Counted from the stretch's first letter, positions 19,611 through 30,356 are shown. The stretch is DNA of 64,000 bases from Candidatus Moraniibacteriota bacterium (GCA_046116545.1 CP175956.1:641734-705733), one strand, 5' to 3'. Notes: generated by a model not told the origin, from the letters alone. Translations and numbers: made by a program.

Positions 19611-20906
19611 ATGAAGTATAAAAAAAATACAATACTAGTACTTAGTGCAATATTTTGTTTTGCACTTGTTCAAAATGTTAAGGCAGCGACTACAACTTTT
19701 ACAGTAGAACAATTAGAAGCTGCAAACAGCATTGAAAATGCAATTTTATTAGAAGATGGTGATGAGTACAGATATGATGGTGTGCTTACAACAAAGCAAA
19801 ATCCAAAAAGTGAAACATTTTTCAAAATTCCTGTAGCATCTGGAGAAAGATTGGGTTTGCATGGTATTTTTGGTAAAGAAAACTATACACGTCCAGGATT
19901 AACCTTTTTTAGAGTAAATGGTGATCAATTTGCCAAAACAATAAACATGGAAAATGAAGAAAATACAAGTGTTTATTATACAGTTGGTAATGATGTGCAG
20001 GAGAGAGCTTTCTCTGATGATATGATTTATATCAATCTGCATTTTGATAATTTTGCAGGACATAGTGAAAAGGGCTATCAATTTACAGTAGGAATAGATA
20101 ATAAGGGTGACGCAAGAACACAGCTAGATGCAGCTGATGTAGTGGAGGAGGCACTTGTTATCAAAGAAGGTGTATATGAGCAGAACTTTTTGACAGAAGC
20201 TGGAGATACTGCAAACGGAGGTACAAAAATGTATCTTGCAGATGATGATACAGATTGTTACGCAATTGACTTTGATGCTGACAAGATGGTTAAATTTAAA
20301 ATTACGCCAGACAGTGATCTCGGTAACGGTGCAGCTGCATTGAGTTTAATCGTGCGAGATAGCGATAATATAGTAAGGGGAAAAAGTACTTCACGTTCAG
20401 GTGGAGCATTTTTTGTTGATGCAGAGGTGAGTGCTGGAGATACTCTTTATTTTTGTATTACTGATAAGACATACTCATCTTTTTTTGGAACGTATAAGAT
20501 GGATATTAGCAGTACACCAATTGAGAAACAAGATGATAAGGATAATAAAGACGCTATAGTGATGGGTGTTACTAATGATGGTATTAATAAGGAATCTAAT
20601 GAGTTTGTTGATAATACTGTTGATTTAGGAGAGAAAGTTACAAATGGAGTCGAAACTGCTAAAAAAACAGTAAAAATTATTGTTATAGGTATAGTAGGTA
20701 TAGGACTTTTGTTTGTAATTAGCATAATTGCAATCATTGTATATATTGTGAAAAAATCAAAAAAAAGAAAACTTGAGGCAACAACTTCTGTGGCAAATAC
20801 AAGCACACAAGATACCTCTATACAACAAAATGCACCTCAATCAACTCAACAATCAATGGCACAACCTTCACAAAATGATGATCAGAATAATAACATCACA
20901 AATTAG
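19611..20906 (+). CDS. Surface protein with signal peptide, beta-rich domains, C-terminal TM and Gln-rich tail
   Basis: Signal peptide VKA; DDTDCYAID segment resembles PPC-type domains; TM followed by KKSKKRK. Confidence 0.75.
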   Translation: MKYKKNTILVLSAIFCFALVQNVKAATTTFTVEQLEAANSIENAILLEDGDEYRYDGVLTTKQNPKSETFFKIPVASGERLGLHGIFGKENYTRPGLTFFRVNGDQFAKTINMENEENTSVYYTVGNDVQERAFSDDMIYINLHFDNFAGHSEKGYQFTVGIDNKGDARTQLDAADVVEEALVIKEGVYEQNFLTEAGDTANGGTKMYLADDDTDCYAIDFDADKMVKFKITPDSDLGNGAAALSLIVRDSDNIVRGKSTSRSGGAFFVDAEVSAGDTLYFCITDKTYSSFFGTYKMDISSTPIEKQDDKDNKDAIVMGVTNDGINKESNEFVDNTVDLGEKVTNGVETAKKTVKIIVIGIVGIGLLFVISIIAIIVYIVKKSKKRKLEATTSVANTSTQDTSIQQNAPQSTQQSMAQPSQNDDQNNNITN

Positions 20907-21009
20907 TACTGCTTTAAGAAACCTCATTGTCTTATTGATGATGAGGTTTTATTGTCTTTAATAATAAAAAAGTATAAAATAGAGTTAATAACATAATTTA
21001 TATATAGAT

Positions 21010-21438
21010 ATGGAAAAAATAATAATTTATACAGATGGTGGTTCACGTGGAAATCCTGGTCCGGCAGGTATTGGTATTTGGATTGAATCACTAAATAAAA
21101 AATATGGGGAGACAATTGGAGATGCTACCAATAATGATGCCGAATATCAAGCTCTCATTTTTGCTTTGAAAAAAACTAAAGCATTATTAGGTAAACAAAA
21201 AGCAAAGCAAGTATCTCTTGAGTGCAGACTAGATAGCGAACTAATTGTGAAGCAATTAAATCATGAATATAAGATATCAAAAGAAAACATGCAAGGTTAT
21301 TTCATAGAAGTATGGAATACAATGCTAGATTTCAATGAAGTTACATTTTTACATGTGCCTAGAGAGCAAAATAAAATTGCTGATGCAATGGTAAACCAAG
21401 CGCTTGATGGGGAATTGGGAGAAGGTGGTTTATTTTAA
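21010..21438 (+). CDS. rnhA: Ribonuclease HI
   Basis: YTDGGSRGNPGPAG, TNNDAEYQAL, DSELIVKQ, HVPREQNKIAD. Confidence 0.92.
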   Translation: MEKIIIYTDGGSRGNPGPAGIGIWIESLNKKYGETIGDATNNDAEYQALIFALKKTKALLGKQKAKQVSLECRLDSELIVKQLNHEYKISKENMQGYFIEVWNTMLDFNEVTFLHVPREQNKIADAMVNQALDGELGEGGLF

Positions 21439-21491
21439 TAAAAAAATGACTCACTCTCTATTGTAGAAAGTGAGTCAGTGGGTTTTTCAGG

Positions 21492-22244
21492 TTAATTAAC
21501 CTGAAAACGTTCAGTCAATATTTTAAATGACTGTACGTTTTGTTGTTTCTTAGGCAATGCATCAAAAGCAATTGACGCAAAGTATGTTGCTTTGAGTTGC
21601 ATTGTATCCCAAGGTAATCTGTCAAAGTCGACAGTATCACCAATTTTTTGGTAATAAAATTCTGTTAAATCGAATTTTTTTACAACACTTGCTACGGCAG
21701 GGTTTCCACTGTGTAAGCATTTCTCAATAAGACATCTGTTGTTTCGAAGGACAGCTCCAGACAAATAATCTTCTGCAAGAACTTGCGCAAAAATCCTGCG
21801 CACCTTTTCAGACGGTTCAGCCTTGTGGGCCAAGTCATATTCATCAAAAGTATATCCGCAAAACGATACTCTTGGAACTGTTCGCATAAAATATAGATTA
21901 TGATTATATGCCGTTATGTCATCGATGACACAACAGAGAATATCATGCAAAAACCAAAAAGGACGCTCACGAAAGATCATTCTGATAATCTGATAATCCG
22001 AAGAAACTTCCAGTGCTCCATGTTCACCGCATACTTGATCGGTGAATGAATCATAAGGCACATGATTATACTCAAGTGCTTCCTGGATAGTAAACCATAC
22101 ACAACCCCATTCTTTTTTGCAAGATCTGGGAATATGTACTTTATGGCATTTGATTTGGAGATACGTACCACCTCTATTACTGTCATTCAATCGTTGAATT
22201 TCTGTTGTAGGGCTTTGTAGAACCTCTTTTAATGTCATGGACAT
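21492..22244 (-). CDS. Hypothetical protein
   Basis: 250 aa ORF with GGAGG SD, own TTGACA/TATACT promoter and hairpin terminator. Confidence 0.7.
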   Translation of the reverse strand: MSMTLKEVLQSPTTEIQRLNDSNRGGTYLQIKCHKVHIPRSCKKEWGCVWFTIQEALEYNHVPYDSFTDQVCGEHGALEVSSDYQIIRMIFRERPFWFLHDILCCVIDDITAYNHNLYFMRTVPRVSFCGYTFDEYDLAHKAEPSEKVRRIFAQVLAEDYLSGAVLRNNRCLIEKCLHSGNPAVASVVKKFDLTEFYYQKIGDTVDFDRLPWDTMQLKATYFASIAFDALPKKQQNVQSFKILTERFQVN

Positions 22245-22427
22245 AATAGTTCCTCCAAGGAGTAATATTTAAGGTGATTTACCTAAATTAATTTTTCAAG
22301 AACAACACAAAAGTATATCACATAATAAGTCATTTGTCAAGATTGCTCATTTATGCGAGATATGCTAAATTTAACTAAATAATCATTTGGTAGAAAGTGA
22401 TTATTTTTATATATAAACGTAATAAAC

Positions 22428-22670
22428 ATGAGTAAAAACAAACGATTTTCTCGGGGAAACCTCATTTTTCTTTTTGTTGCAGCTTTTTTAGCTGGTGCAA
22501 TTGCAAAAAAAGCAATTGGGAATAATATACGTATAGGATTTGATGATCCAAATACTATTATTATGCAGGGAGAACTGTATGATATCGATGAACTTGAGCA
22601 GAAATTGTTAAAAAATGGAATTCCAAAAGAAATGCCAATAGAAGAAGTTATTGAGATAGATATTAAATAA
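22428..22670 (+). CDS. Hypothetical membrane-anchored protein
   Basis: N-terminal TM, 80 aa. Confidence 0.6.
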   Translation: MSKNKRFSRGNLIFLFVAAFLAGAIAKKAIGNNIRIGFDDPNTIIMQGELYDIDELEQKLLKNGIPKEMPIEEVIEIDIK

Positions 22671-22704
22671 TGAAGATAGATTGATTTAATTTTGTAAAAA
22701 GCTT

Positions 22705-23904
22705 ATGTCAAAAAAAAGTAATAAGAAATCGGAGAAGAAGGTGAACAAAGAATCAAAAAAAGATGCCGATGTTAAGAAAAAAGTTAGTAAAAAAGATAAT
22801 AAGAAAAAAACTACTACTATTGAAAAGAAAAAAAAGATTTTAAAAAAGGATGACGAAAAACAATCAAGATGTGACAAGTTGCAAAAGAATAATAAAACAC
22901 TTCTTGCAATAGTTATTCTATTGGCTGGAATTGCAGCTGGTTCATTTTTTGTGGATATCGCACAATTATTTAGCGGTAAAGGATTTTCAGCTCGTGCTTT
23001 GAAAGATGCACAAGTTGTTGAATATGATGGTAATACTTGGGTACGATATGATGATCCAAAAGTTGTTGTTGATGTATTTGATGCTACGGATTGTGAAGAT
23101 TGTGTTACTGATGAGGTATTGGTAAGACTTCGTTCACTTATTCCAACACTAGAAGCTCATAGAATAGATGTGCGAACTGAGGAGGGTAGTCAATATGCGA
23201 GGGAAAATGATATTAAACATATTCCAGCATTTCTTTTTACTGATGACATTATTGATTCTGATTTTTATCAAGGTGCTGCAATTTTATTTAAAGATGCGCC
23301 AAATGATAAATATTACTTTGAGGCAGCAAATGTAGGTGTGCCAATTGGAGAATATCTAGAAACTCCATCAGCTGACAATGGAATAGTTATCGGAAATGAT
23401 GATGCGAAAGTTGATGTTGTGGTATTTACAGATTTTACTTGTGCTATGTGTAAAACCGTAGATCCTATAATTAGTAAAATTCAAGAAGAATTTAAGGATG
23501 ATGTTAAAATTATTGTAAAAACTGTTCCAGATGCGGAACAAAAAAATGCGATGAAATTGGCTAATGCAGCTGTATGTGCAGATGAACAAGATGCTTTTGA
23601 TAAATATGGTGCTATTATATTTAAAAATCAAAAAATCCTGAAGGAGTCAGATGATGTAAATATTACATTGATCAAATATGCAACAAGCTTAAAGTTAGAT
23701 GCAGAAAAATTTGAAGAATGTCTGAACAGCAAAGAAATTGAAGAAAAAGTAAAGGATAATATAACAGAAGCATCAAGATTTGGAATAACAGGAACTCCAA
23801 CATTATTCATAAATGGACAACCACATGTAGGAGTAATAACTTATGAAAACTTAAAAGAACAAATTGAAGCAATTGTGAATCCTGAAGAATCTGTGCAAGA
23901 ATAA
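22705..23904 (+). CDS. DsbA-family protein with two thioredoxin-like domains
   Basis: Lys-rich N-terminus, TM, CEDC and DFTCAMC motifs, GITGTPTLFING. Confidence 0.88.
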   Translation: MSKKSNKKSEKKVNKESKKDADVKKKVSKKDNKKKTTTIEKKKKILKKDDEKQSRCDKLQKNNKTLLAIVILLAGIAAGSFFVDIAQLFSGKGFSARALKDAQVVEYDGNTWVRYDDPKVVVDVFDATDCEDCVTDEVLVRLRSLIPTLEAHRIDVRTEEGSQYARENDIKHIPAFLFTDDIIDSDFYQGAAILFKDAPNDKYYFEAANVGVPIGEYLETPSADNGIVIGNDDAKVDVVVFTDFTCAMCKTVDPIISKIQEEFKDDVKIIVKTVPDAEQKNAMKLANAAVCADEQDAFDKYGAIIFKNQKILKESDDVNITLIKYATSLKLDAEKFEECLNSKEIEEKVKDNITEASRFGITGTPTLFINGQPHVGVITYENLKEQIEAIVNPEESVQE

Positions 23905-23927
23905 TAATATTCTGAAATGAAATAATT

Positions 23928-23955
23928 GTAGTGGACGGGCATGCCCGTCCACTAC
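23928..23955. repeat. GTAG-type REP-like perfect palindrome, may act as terminator
   Basis: GTAGTGGACGGGCATGCCCGTCCACTAC, 28 bp, followed by T run. Confidence 0.7.
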
Positions 23956-24090
23956 TTTTTTAATTGACTGTCTTTAAAAATGAATGTTATACTACTTTCA
24001 AGTTTTAAATTGGTTGTTTAAAAGTAAAATATATTGTAAAGGGGATAAAATCATGACAGTAGAAACAAAATTTTTTGGAGGAATAATTAA

Positions 24091-24579
24091 ATGAAGAAAA
24101 AGCAGATATCCAATATTATTTATGTAATTGGAGCATTGCTTATTTTGGAATTATTTTTTGATTTCATATTGGGCGTGCAAGTATTTAATATAAAACTGGT
24201 AGATCCCGCAGCTCATGCATTGAACACGATTTTAAGGGGCTTTATTTTTTATTTAGTAGTTCCAATAATAATAGTGTGGAGAATTGCTGTTAATTGGAAG
24301 TATATACATCCATTTTTAATTTGGATACAAATCGGGATGGGTACTACTATTGGCATGGGTATGGCTGGGATAGCATTAGTAATAGGTATGTACGAAGGGA
24401 CTCCAAGCAAATTGAGAGCTATCGCAATATTTTCATTTTTTTTAGTGAATGCTATATTTCTTTTGTCTAATCTTTTATATAGACATGTGAAAAAAGATTA
24501 TGATAATATGCCATCATTCAAAGAGTTGAAAGACTGTCAGGATGCTGGAAAAATAGAGCAGTATCAAGTGAATAATTAA
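24091..24579 (+). CDS. Hypothetical membrane protein
   Basis: Four TM segments, GGAGG SD. Confidence 0.7.
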   Translation: MKKKQISNIIYVIGALLILELFFDFILGVQVFNIKLVDPAAHALNTILRGFIFYLVVPIIIVWRIAVNWKYIHPFLIWIQIGMGTTIGMGMAGIALVIGMYEGTPSKLRAIAIFSFFLVNAIFLLSNLLYRHVKKDYDNMPSFKELKDCQDAGKIEQYQVNN

Positions 24580-24599
24580 TTCAAGGAGAAACAAAAAAA

Positions 24600-24989
24600 A
24601 TGTTACCACCAAAAGAAGGTACTGAAACTCGTACTAAATGTCCTGTAATAGGATGTGAGTCTTTCCTGCTAACAGCTTATAAAACAAAGGTTTTCTACAA
24701 ACAACTTATTCTCAAATGTGATAATTGTGGACATGAAAAAGATGACGATGACTCATTACTACCATTGATTAGCAAGAGTTATGGTAAGTGTCCAATTGAA
24801 ACTGTTGATGTAGATAGATTAGCTGATGAACTCCGTTGCAAGATCTGTAACGATGAAACTACATCTTTTGTTTTCCCTGAAAAAATTGGAAAACAAGAAA
24901 GTATGCATAAATATACTTGTTGTGAGACAATTTCTTGTTATTTTGAATTAGTTAAAAGACTTGAAAATGGCAAATTTAACACAAAATAA
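24600..24989 (+). CDS. Hypothetical Cys-rich, putative zinc-binding protein
   Basis: CPVIGC, CDNC, CKIC, CCETISC; AAGGAG SD. Confidence 0.65.
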   Translation: MLPPKEGTETRTKCPVIGCESFLLTAYKTKVFYKQLILKCDNCGHEKDDDDSLLPLISKSYGKCPIETVDVDRLADELRCKICNDETTSFVFPEKIGKQESMHKYTCCETISCYFELVKRLENGKFNTK

Positions 24990-25017
24990 ATTAAGTACAA
25001 AAGTAGGAGGAGTTATA

Positions 25018-25449
25018 ATGAGTTATACTTTCAAGCGGCTTTCTATCATGCTAGGTTCTATTTGTATCAGTTTGGGTATTGTTTTTTATTTGACGCATAG
25101 TGATGAACCACCCAGAATCATGGAGAGTGGCAAATACACATCTGAACGTTGGTTAAGCTGGTCAGAACATGCTTACTATACGCGAGATGCTGATGGAGAA
25201 ATGTGTGATATTTTGTTATTCAACTATACATTTACTCATAAGCTTTACCATTATTATGATGAAGATTGTGATGGCACTGCAGATTTTGTGGATGATACAA
25301 GACAAGTTACGTTAGAAGATGGCAGTGTAGCTTTGATTGATATAAAAGTGCCACATTATACAGCGGGGCGCACAATCGAGTTTCACAGGATGAACAATGC
25401 ATTTATATCCTTTCGCAGAGAATACGATGCGGTTTTAAAAGGTATATAA
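25018..25449 (+). CDS. Hypothetical membrane-anchored protein
   Basis: N-terminal TM, DEDCDGTAD Ca-loop-like motif, GGAGGAG SD. Confidence 0.65.
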   Translation: MSYTFKRLSIMLGSICISLGIVFYLTHSDEPPRIMESGKYTSERWLSWSEHAYYTRDADGEMCDILLFNYTFTHKLYHYYDEDCDGTADFVDDTRQVTLEDGSVALIDIKVPHYTAGRTIEFHRMNNAFISFRREYDAVLKGI

Positions 25450-25535
25450 AAGATAAGGATGAAATTATTATACAATAATTTCATCCTTTTTTATTTGCAT
25501 TTTATTTTTTAGTATGTATAATTGTATTTACAAGT

Positions 25536-25746
25536 GTCTATGAAGCCGCAACACGGTGGAGATTGAGGAAGAAATCTGTGATTATTTACAGAAATTAGAA
25601 CCTCTCGGTCATTAGTGTCCGTTATCACTCATTAATAAAGTGAATAACTTGGGTTAAGTTATTAATTGCGGTGGTACCGCGGTTTTGTTTAAGAAATCGT
25701 CCGTTAGAAACAAATTAATTTTTGTTTTTGATGAACGATTTTTTTA
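25536..25746 (+). ncRNA. T-box riboswitch (transcriptional) upstream of aspS
   Basis: AATTGCGGTGGTACCGCG T-box at 25664-25681, CCGTTATC element, antiterminator partner TCGTCCGT, terminator hairpin plus T run. Confidence 0.88.
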
Positions 25747-25768
25747 ATTTATAGTTAAATATAAAATT

Positions 25769-27547
25769 ATGCTTAGAACTCATACGTGTGGGCAATTGTC
25801 CAAAGAAGATGTTGGTAAAAAAGTGACGTTAACTGGTTGGGTAAACCGGCGGCGTGATCATGGTGGCGTGATATTTATTGATTTACGCGATAAATATGGA
25901 CTTACTCAAATTACATTTAATCCTGAACAAAATATTGATGTACATACTTTGGCAGATAAGTTGCGTAGTGAGTGGGTTATACAAGTCATTGGTGAAGTTA
26001 TTGCTCGTCCAAGTGATATGGTGAACAAGAAATTAGATACTGGTGAAATTGAAATAATTGCTAGTGAGCTTGTGATTTTGAACGAATCAGAGACTCCGCC
26101 ATTTGAAATTGCTGATGATGAAAAAACTGCTGAAGCAGGAGAAGGAATTAGATTGAAGTATCGTTACTTGGATTTACGAAGAAAAAAAATTCAAAAACTG
26201 CTTGCTGATAAGGATTTGTTTATACAAGACATGAGAAGTTTCTTCCAAAAAAGAGATTTTCAAGAAGTACAAACTCCAATTCTTGCTAATTCAAGTCCAG
26301 AAGGCGCTCGTGATTGGTTGATTCCATCAAGATTGTATCCAGGCAAATTTTATGCATTACCACAAGCACCACAACAATTTAAACAGCTTTTGATGATAGG
26401 TGGTGTAGATAAGTATTTTCAAATAGCTCCTTGTTTCCGTGATGAAGATCCTCGTATGGATAGACATTTTGGAGAATTTTATCAACTTGATATGGAGATG
26501 AGTTTTGTTGAACAAGAAGATATTTTTGAAATCTTAGAAGAGTTGTGGATTGAGTTAACTGCTGCTCATAGTAATAAAGAGATTATTACTAAAGATTTTC
26601 CAAAGATTCCTTGGAAAGAATCTATGAATAAATATGGTTCTGATAAGCCAGATTTGAGATTTGACTTGGAGATTAAGGATGTTTCAGAGATCGTTGAGAG
26701 TTCTGATTTTGGTGTATTTGCTGGAGCTGTTAAAGATGGAGGCGTTGTGCATGCGCTTAAAATTGATGGAGGTGCAGAATTTTCTAGGAAAAATATTGAT
26801 GACCTAACAGAATTAGCTAAAACAAAAGGAGCTAAAGGACTTGCTTATATTGTAATGAAAGAAGATGGCTCATTGAAATCTCCGATTGTTAAATTTTTGG
26901 GCGATGAAGTATGTGCACAAATTATAAAAACTGTTGATGCTAGTGCTGGTGATATAATATTCTTTGGAGCTGACAAGTGGCGAACTGTATGTGAAAGCTT
27001 GGGAGTAGTAAGAAATGAGTGTGCAACTATGTTAAATCTAAAAGATAATACAAAAGCTTCATATGCTTGGATTGTGGATTTCCCAATGTATGATTATTCT
27101 GAAATTGAAGAAGGTAAAATTGACTTTTCCCATAATCCATTTTCTATGCCACAAGGTGGAATGGAAGCACTTGAAAATGAAGATCCTTTGGATATAGTTG
27201 CGTATCAGTTTGATTTAGTTTTGAATGGATTTGAAATTTCTAGTGGAGCAATAAGAAATCATTCTCCGGAACTTATGTACAAGGCCTTTGAAATAGCTGG
27301 ATATACAAGAGATGATGTAGATAGAGAATTTGGACATATGGTACAAGCATTTAAGTATGGAGCTCCACCACATGGAGGAAGTGCACCTGGAATTGATAGG
27401 GCATTCATGGTTTTGAAAGATTGTAACTCTATTCGTGATATCTACGCATTTCCAAAAGATGGACAGGGACGAGACGCAATGCTCGATTCACCTTCAGAGG
27501 TATCTGACAAACAGTTAGAGGAGTTAAGTATCAAAATAGTTGATTAA
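25769..27547 (+). CDS. aspS: Aspartate--tRNA ligase, probably non-discriminating
   Basis: RTHTCG, RRDHGGVIFIDLRD, YFQIAPCFRDED, GAPPHGG. Confidence 0.97.
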   Translation: MLRTHTCGQLSKEDVGKKVTLTGWVNRRRDHGGVIFIDLRDKYGLTQITFNPEQNIDVHTLADKLRSEWVIQVIGEVIARPSDMVNKKLDTGEIEIIASELVILNESETPPFEIADDEKTAEAGEGIRLKYRYLDLRRKKIQKLLADKDLFIQDMRSFFQKRDFQEVQTPILANSSPEGARDWLIPSRLYPGKFYALPQAPQQFKQLLMIGGVDKYFQIAPCFRDEDPRMDRHFGEFYQLDMEMSFVEQEDIFEILEELWIELTAAHSNKEIITKDFPKIPWKESMNKYGSDKPDLRFDLEIKDVSEIVESSDFGVFAGAVKDGGVVHALKIDGGAEFSRKNIDDLTELAKTKGAKGLAYIVMKEDGSLKSPIVKFLGDEVCAQIIKTVDASAGDIIFFGADKWRTVCESLGVVRNECATMLNLKDNTKASYAWIVDFPMYDYSEIEEGKIDFSHNPFSMPQGGMEALENEDPLDIVAYQFDLVLNGFEISSGAIRNHSPELMYKAFEIAGYTRDDVDREFGHMVQAFKYGAPPHGGSAPGIDRAFMVLKDCNSIRDIYAFPKDGQGRDAMLDSPSEVSDKQLEELSIKIVD

Positions 27548-27713
27548 ATACGACTAAACACATAATATCATAGATCTTTCAGAAAGATCTATGATATTTC
27601 TTACTATTGCAAAAATAGAAAAACCGTGATACTATTAAATCTACTGGAGTAATACAGGTTATTGTTGTGTTAAATTACAGTATTTATTTTATTTTCAAAT
27701 TAATTATAAAACT

Positions 27714-27911
27714 ATGGCAGTACCAAAGCAAAGACAGAATTCCTCAAGGCGTGATCGTCGTCGTTCACATAATATTGGGAAAATTAAAGTAGCTACTACA
27801 CAAAAATGTTCTTCTTGTGGAGAGCCAAAATTAGCACATCGTGTATGTGATGAATGTGGAATGTACCGTGGAGTACAATATAAAAAAGTTGTTAAAACAG
27901 TGAATGCGTAA
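27714..27911 (+). CDS. rpmF: 50S ribosomal protein L32
   Basis: MAVPK..RRDRRRSH, CSSCG..HRVCDECG. Confidence 0.96.
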   Translation: MAVPKQRQNSSRRDRRRSHNIGKIKVATTQKCSSCGEPKLAHRVCDECGMYRGVQYKKVVKTVNA

Positions 27912-27961
27912 TCATTTTTTGCGTATTTTTGATTTTTTAAAATAAAATTCTATTAAAAATT

Positions 27962-28462
27962 ATGGCTAATCGACATCTACAACGCTCAATTGCAATGCAA
28001 AGTTTATTTGAATGGGATTTTCGTGGTCAAGAAGAAGATAAATTAAATGCAATAATTGTGCATAACTGTGAAGAGTTCGCACCTGGAGCAGATAATTTTT
28101 CTTTTGTAAATAGTCTTGTTTCTGGAACTGTATCAAAGTTAGAAGATGTTGATCCATTGATATCTAAATGTGCTCCAGAATGGCCACTTGATCAGATAGC
28201 TATTGTGGATAGAAATATTTTGAGACTTGGTACATATGAGTTGTTGTTTGGTAATTATGAAGAAACTCCTCCAAAAGTAGCTATAAATGAAGCAATTGAA
28301 TTAGCAAAAACTTATGGTGGTGATAGTAGTGCCAGATTTATTAATGGCGTACTGGGAACTATTTATAAGGAAATGGGAGAACCTATGAAAGATGATGATG
28401 CTGATAAAGCGCGTGAACGTCGTAGTGATGATGTAAAAAAAGAAACAGTTAAAGAAAAATAA
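27962..28462 (+). CDS. nusB: Transcription antitermination factor NusB
   Basis: [33 protein letters not shown]. Confidence 0.96.
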   Translation: MANRHLQRSIAMQSLFEWDFRGQEEDKLNAIIVHNCEEFAPGADNFSFVNSLVSGTVSKLEDVDPLISKCAPEWPLDQIAIVDRNILRLGTYELLFGNYEETPPKVAINEAIELAKTYGGDSSARFINGVLGTIYKEMGEPMKDDDADKARERRSDDVKKETVKEK

Positions 28463-28543
28463 TCACATAATCAAAGTATATTCAATGTGTTTTTGTATCA
28501 GTTTATGATTTAAACACATTGGCTATCCTTTCTTAAATTTGAG

Positions 28544-29230
28544 ATGGATATAGAAAACTTTTCAAAAGTCTGTGGAGTAACAATAAAAAATAAAGACTAT
28601 TTTATAGAGGCGATGACACATCGTTCTTATTTGAATGAAAATAAAAATCATGGTTTTCCTCATAATGAGCGATTAGAATTCCTGGGAGATGCTGTATTAG
28701 AACTATCTGTTACTAGATATTTATTTGAGAATTTTAATAATCCTGAGGGAGAAATGACTGCATGGAGAGCAGCGCTTGTAAATGGTGAGATGCTTGCTAG
28801 AGTAGCTCGTGAAATAGGTGTTGAGCAGTTTTTGATGATGAGTAAAGGTGAAGCAAAAGATACTGGAAAGGCTAGAAGTTATTTACTGGCTAATTCAATA
28901 GAATCTATCATAGGAGCAGTTTATTTGGATAGTGGCTATGATGCAGCTGACAAATTTATCACAGAAAAAATAATATCACATATAGATGAGATTCTTGAAA
29001 AAAAGTTATACCTTGACGCAAAAAGTTATTTTCAAGAAAAATCACAAGAACATGTAGGAATTACTCCACATTATAAACTTATATCAGAATCTGGACCAGA
29101 TCATGATAGAACTTTCATTGTTGGAGTATATTTAAATAGTGAAAAGATTGCACAGGGAAGTGGCAGAAGTAAACAAGATGCACAGAGAGAGGCTGCAAAA
29201 GCTGGACTTGAGATTAAAAAGTGGGTGTAG
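28544..29230 (+). CDS. rnc: Ribonuclease III
   Basis: HNERLEFLGDAVL, dsRBD SGPDH...SKQDAQ. Confidence 0.97.
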   Translation: MDIENFSKVCGVTIKNKDYFIEAMTHRSYLNENKNHGFPHNERLEFLGDAVLELSVTRYLFENFNNPEGEMTAWRAALVNGEMLARVAREIGVEQFLMMSKGEAKDTGKARSYLLANSIESIIGAVYLDSGYDAADKFITEKIISHIDEILEKKLYLDAKSYFQEKSQEHVGITPHYKLISESGPDHDRTFIVGVYLNSEKIAQGSGRSKQDAQREAAKAGLEIKKWV

Positions 29231-29359
29231 AGATTTTTTGCATTTTGACATTTAACTTGAAAAAGCTTATTATAAGAAGGTTGATTAATAATAATCAACT
29301 TTTTGTTTTTTTACATATGTTTTATTAATTATAAATCTTTGATAAAGGAGAAATGACTA

Positions 29360-30289
29360 ATGGACAATTGTTTAGTTGATACCAGCGAAGTAATCGGATT
29401 ACCATGTCTCAGTAAAGGAAAAGTTCGAGATAGCTATGGAATTCCTGGACACCCTGACAAGTTATTACTTGTAGCCTCTGACAGGATATCTGCATATGAT
29501 GTTGTTATGAATGAAGGTGTGCCTGGGAAAGGAGCAGTTTTGACACAGATGTCACTGTTGTGGTTTAATGTTCTGAATGACATCCCAAATCATTTAATTA
29601 CAGCTGATGTTGCTGAATATCCAGAAGCATGTAAGCCTTTTGCTAAATATCTTGAAGGCAGGAGCATGCTTGTTAAAAAACTTGAAATGCTTCCCATCGA
29701 ATGCATTGTGCGAGGTAGAATGACAGGGTCTTATTGGAAAGCATATAAAGAGGCCCCAGTAAAACGCACAGAATCAGAATATGCTTCATCAAAAGAAGTA
29801 TGTGGTTTCTCTTTTGAAACAAATATGCGTGAAAATGCTGTTATAAATCCAGCATTATTTACTCCTAGTACAAAGGCTGAACAGGGATTACACGATGAAA
29901 ACATCTCCCTCGAGAAGATGCGTGAATTACTGGATGAGGGCTTGGCTGATAAGGTAGCGCAAGTGAGTTTGCAACTGTACACAAGGGCAGTTGATTATGC
30001 GAATGAGCGTGGGATTGTTATCGCTGATACAAAATTTGAGCTTGGTATTGATCCTGAGGGTAATTTGTGTCTTGGCGATGAAGTCTTAACTCCTGATTCA
30101 TCAAGATTCTGGCCAAAAGATAAAGTTGAGTTGGACAAAACACCTCCCAGTTTAGATAAGCAGTTCTTACGTGATTATCTCACAGAAACTGATTGGGATA
30201 AGAAATCAAAACCACCGACTATTCCTACGCATATAATTGAACAAACTAGTGCAAAATATCAAGAAGCAATGTTAATGCTTGCACTGTAA
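29360..30289 (+). CDS. purC: SAICAR synthetase
   Basis: GKVRD, ASDRISAYD, IECIVRG, FTPSTKA, ADTKFELG, DEVLTPDSSRFW, DKQFLRDYL. Confidence 0.95.
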   Translation: MDNCLVDTSEVIGLPCLSKGKVRDSYGIPGHPDKLLLVASDRISAYDVVMNEGVPGKGAVLTQMSLLWFNVLNDIPNHLITADVAEYPEACKPFAKYLEGRSMLVKKLEMLPIECIVRGRMTGSYWKAYKEAPVKRTESEYASSKEVCGFSFETNMRENAVINPALFTPSTKAEQGLHDENISLEKMRELLDEGLADKVAQVSLQLYTRAVDYANERGIVIADTKFELGIDPEGNLCLGDEVLTPDSSRFWPKDKVELDKTPPSLDKQFLRDYLTETDWDKKSKPPTIPTHIIEQTSAKYQEAMLMLAL

Positions 30290-30356
30290 TTAATAACATA
30301 TACTAAAATCAAAAAAGACATCTTACAAAATTGTAAGATGTCTTTTAATTCAAATT

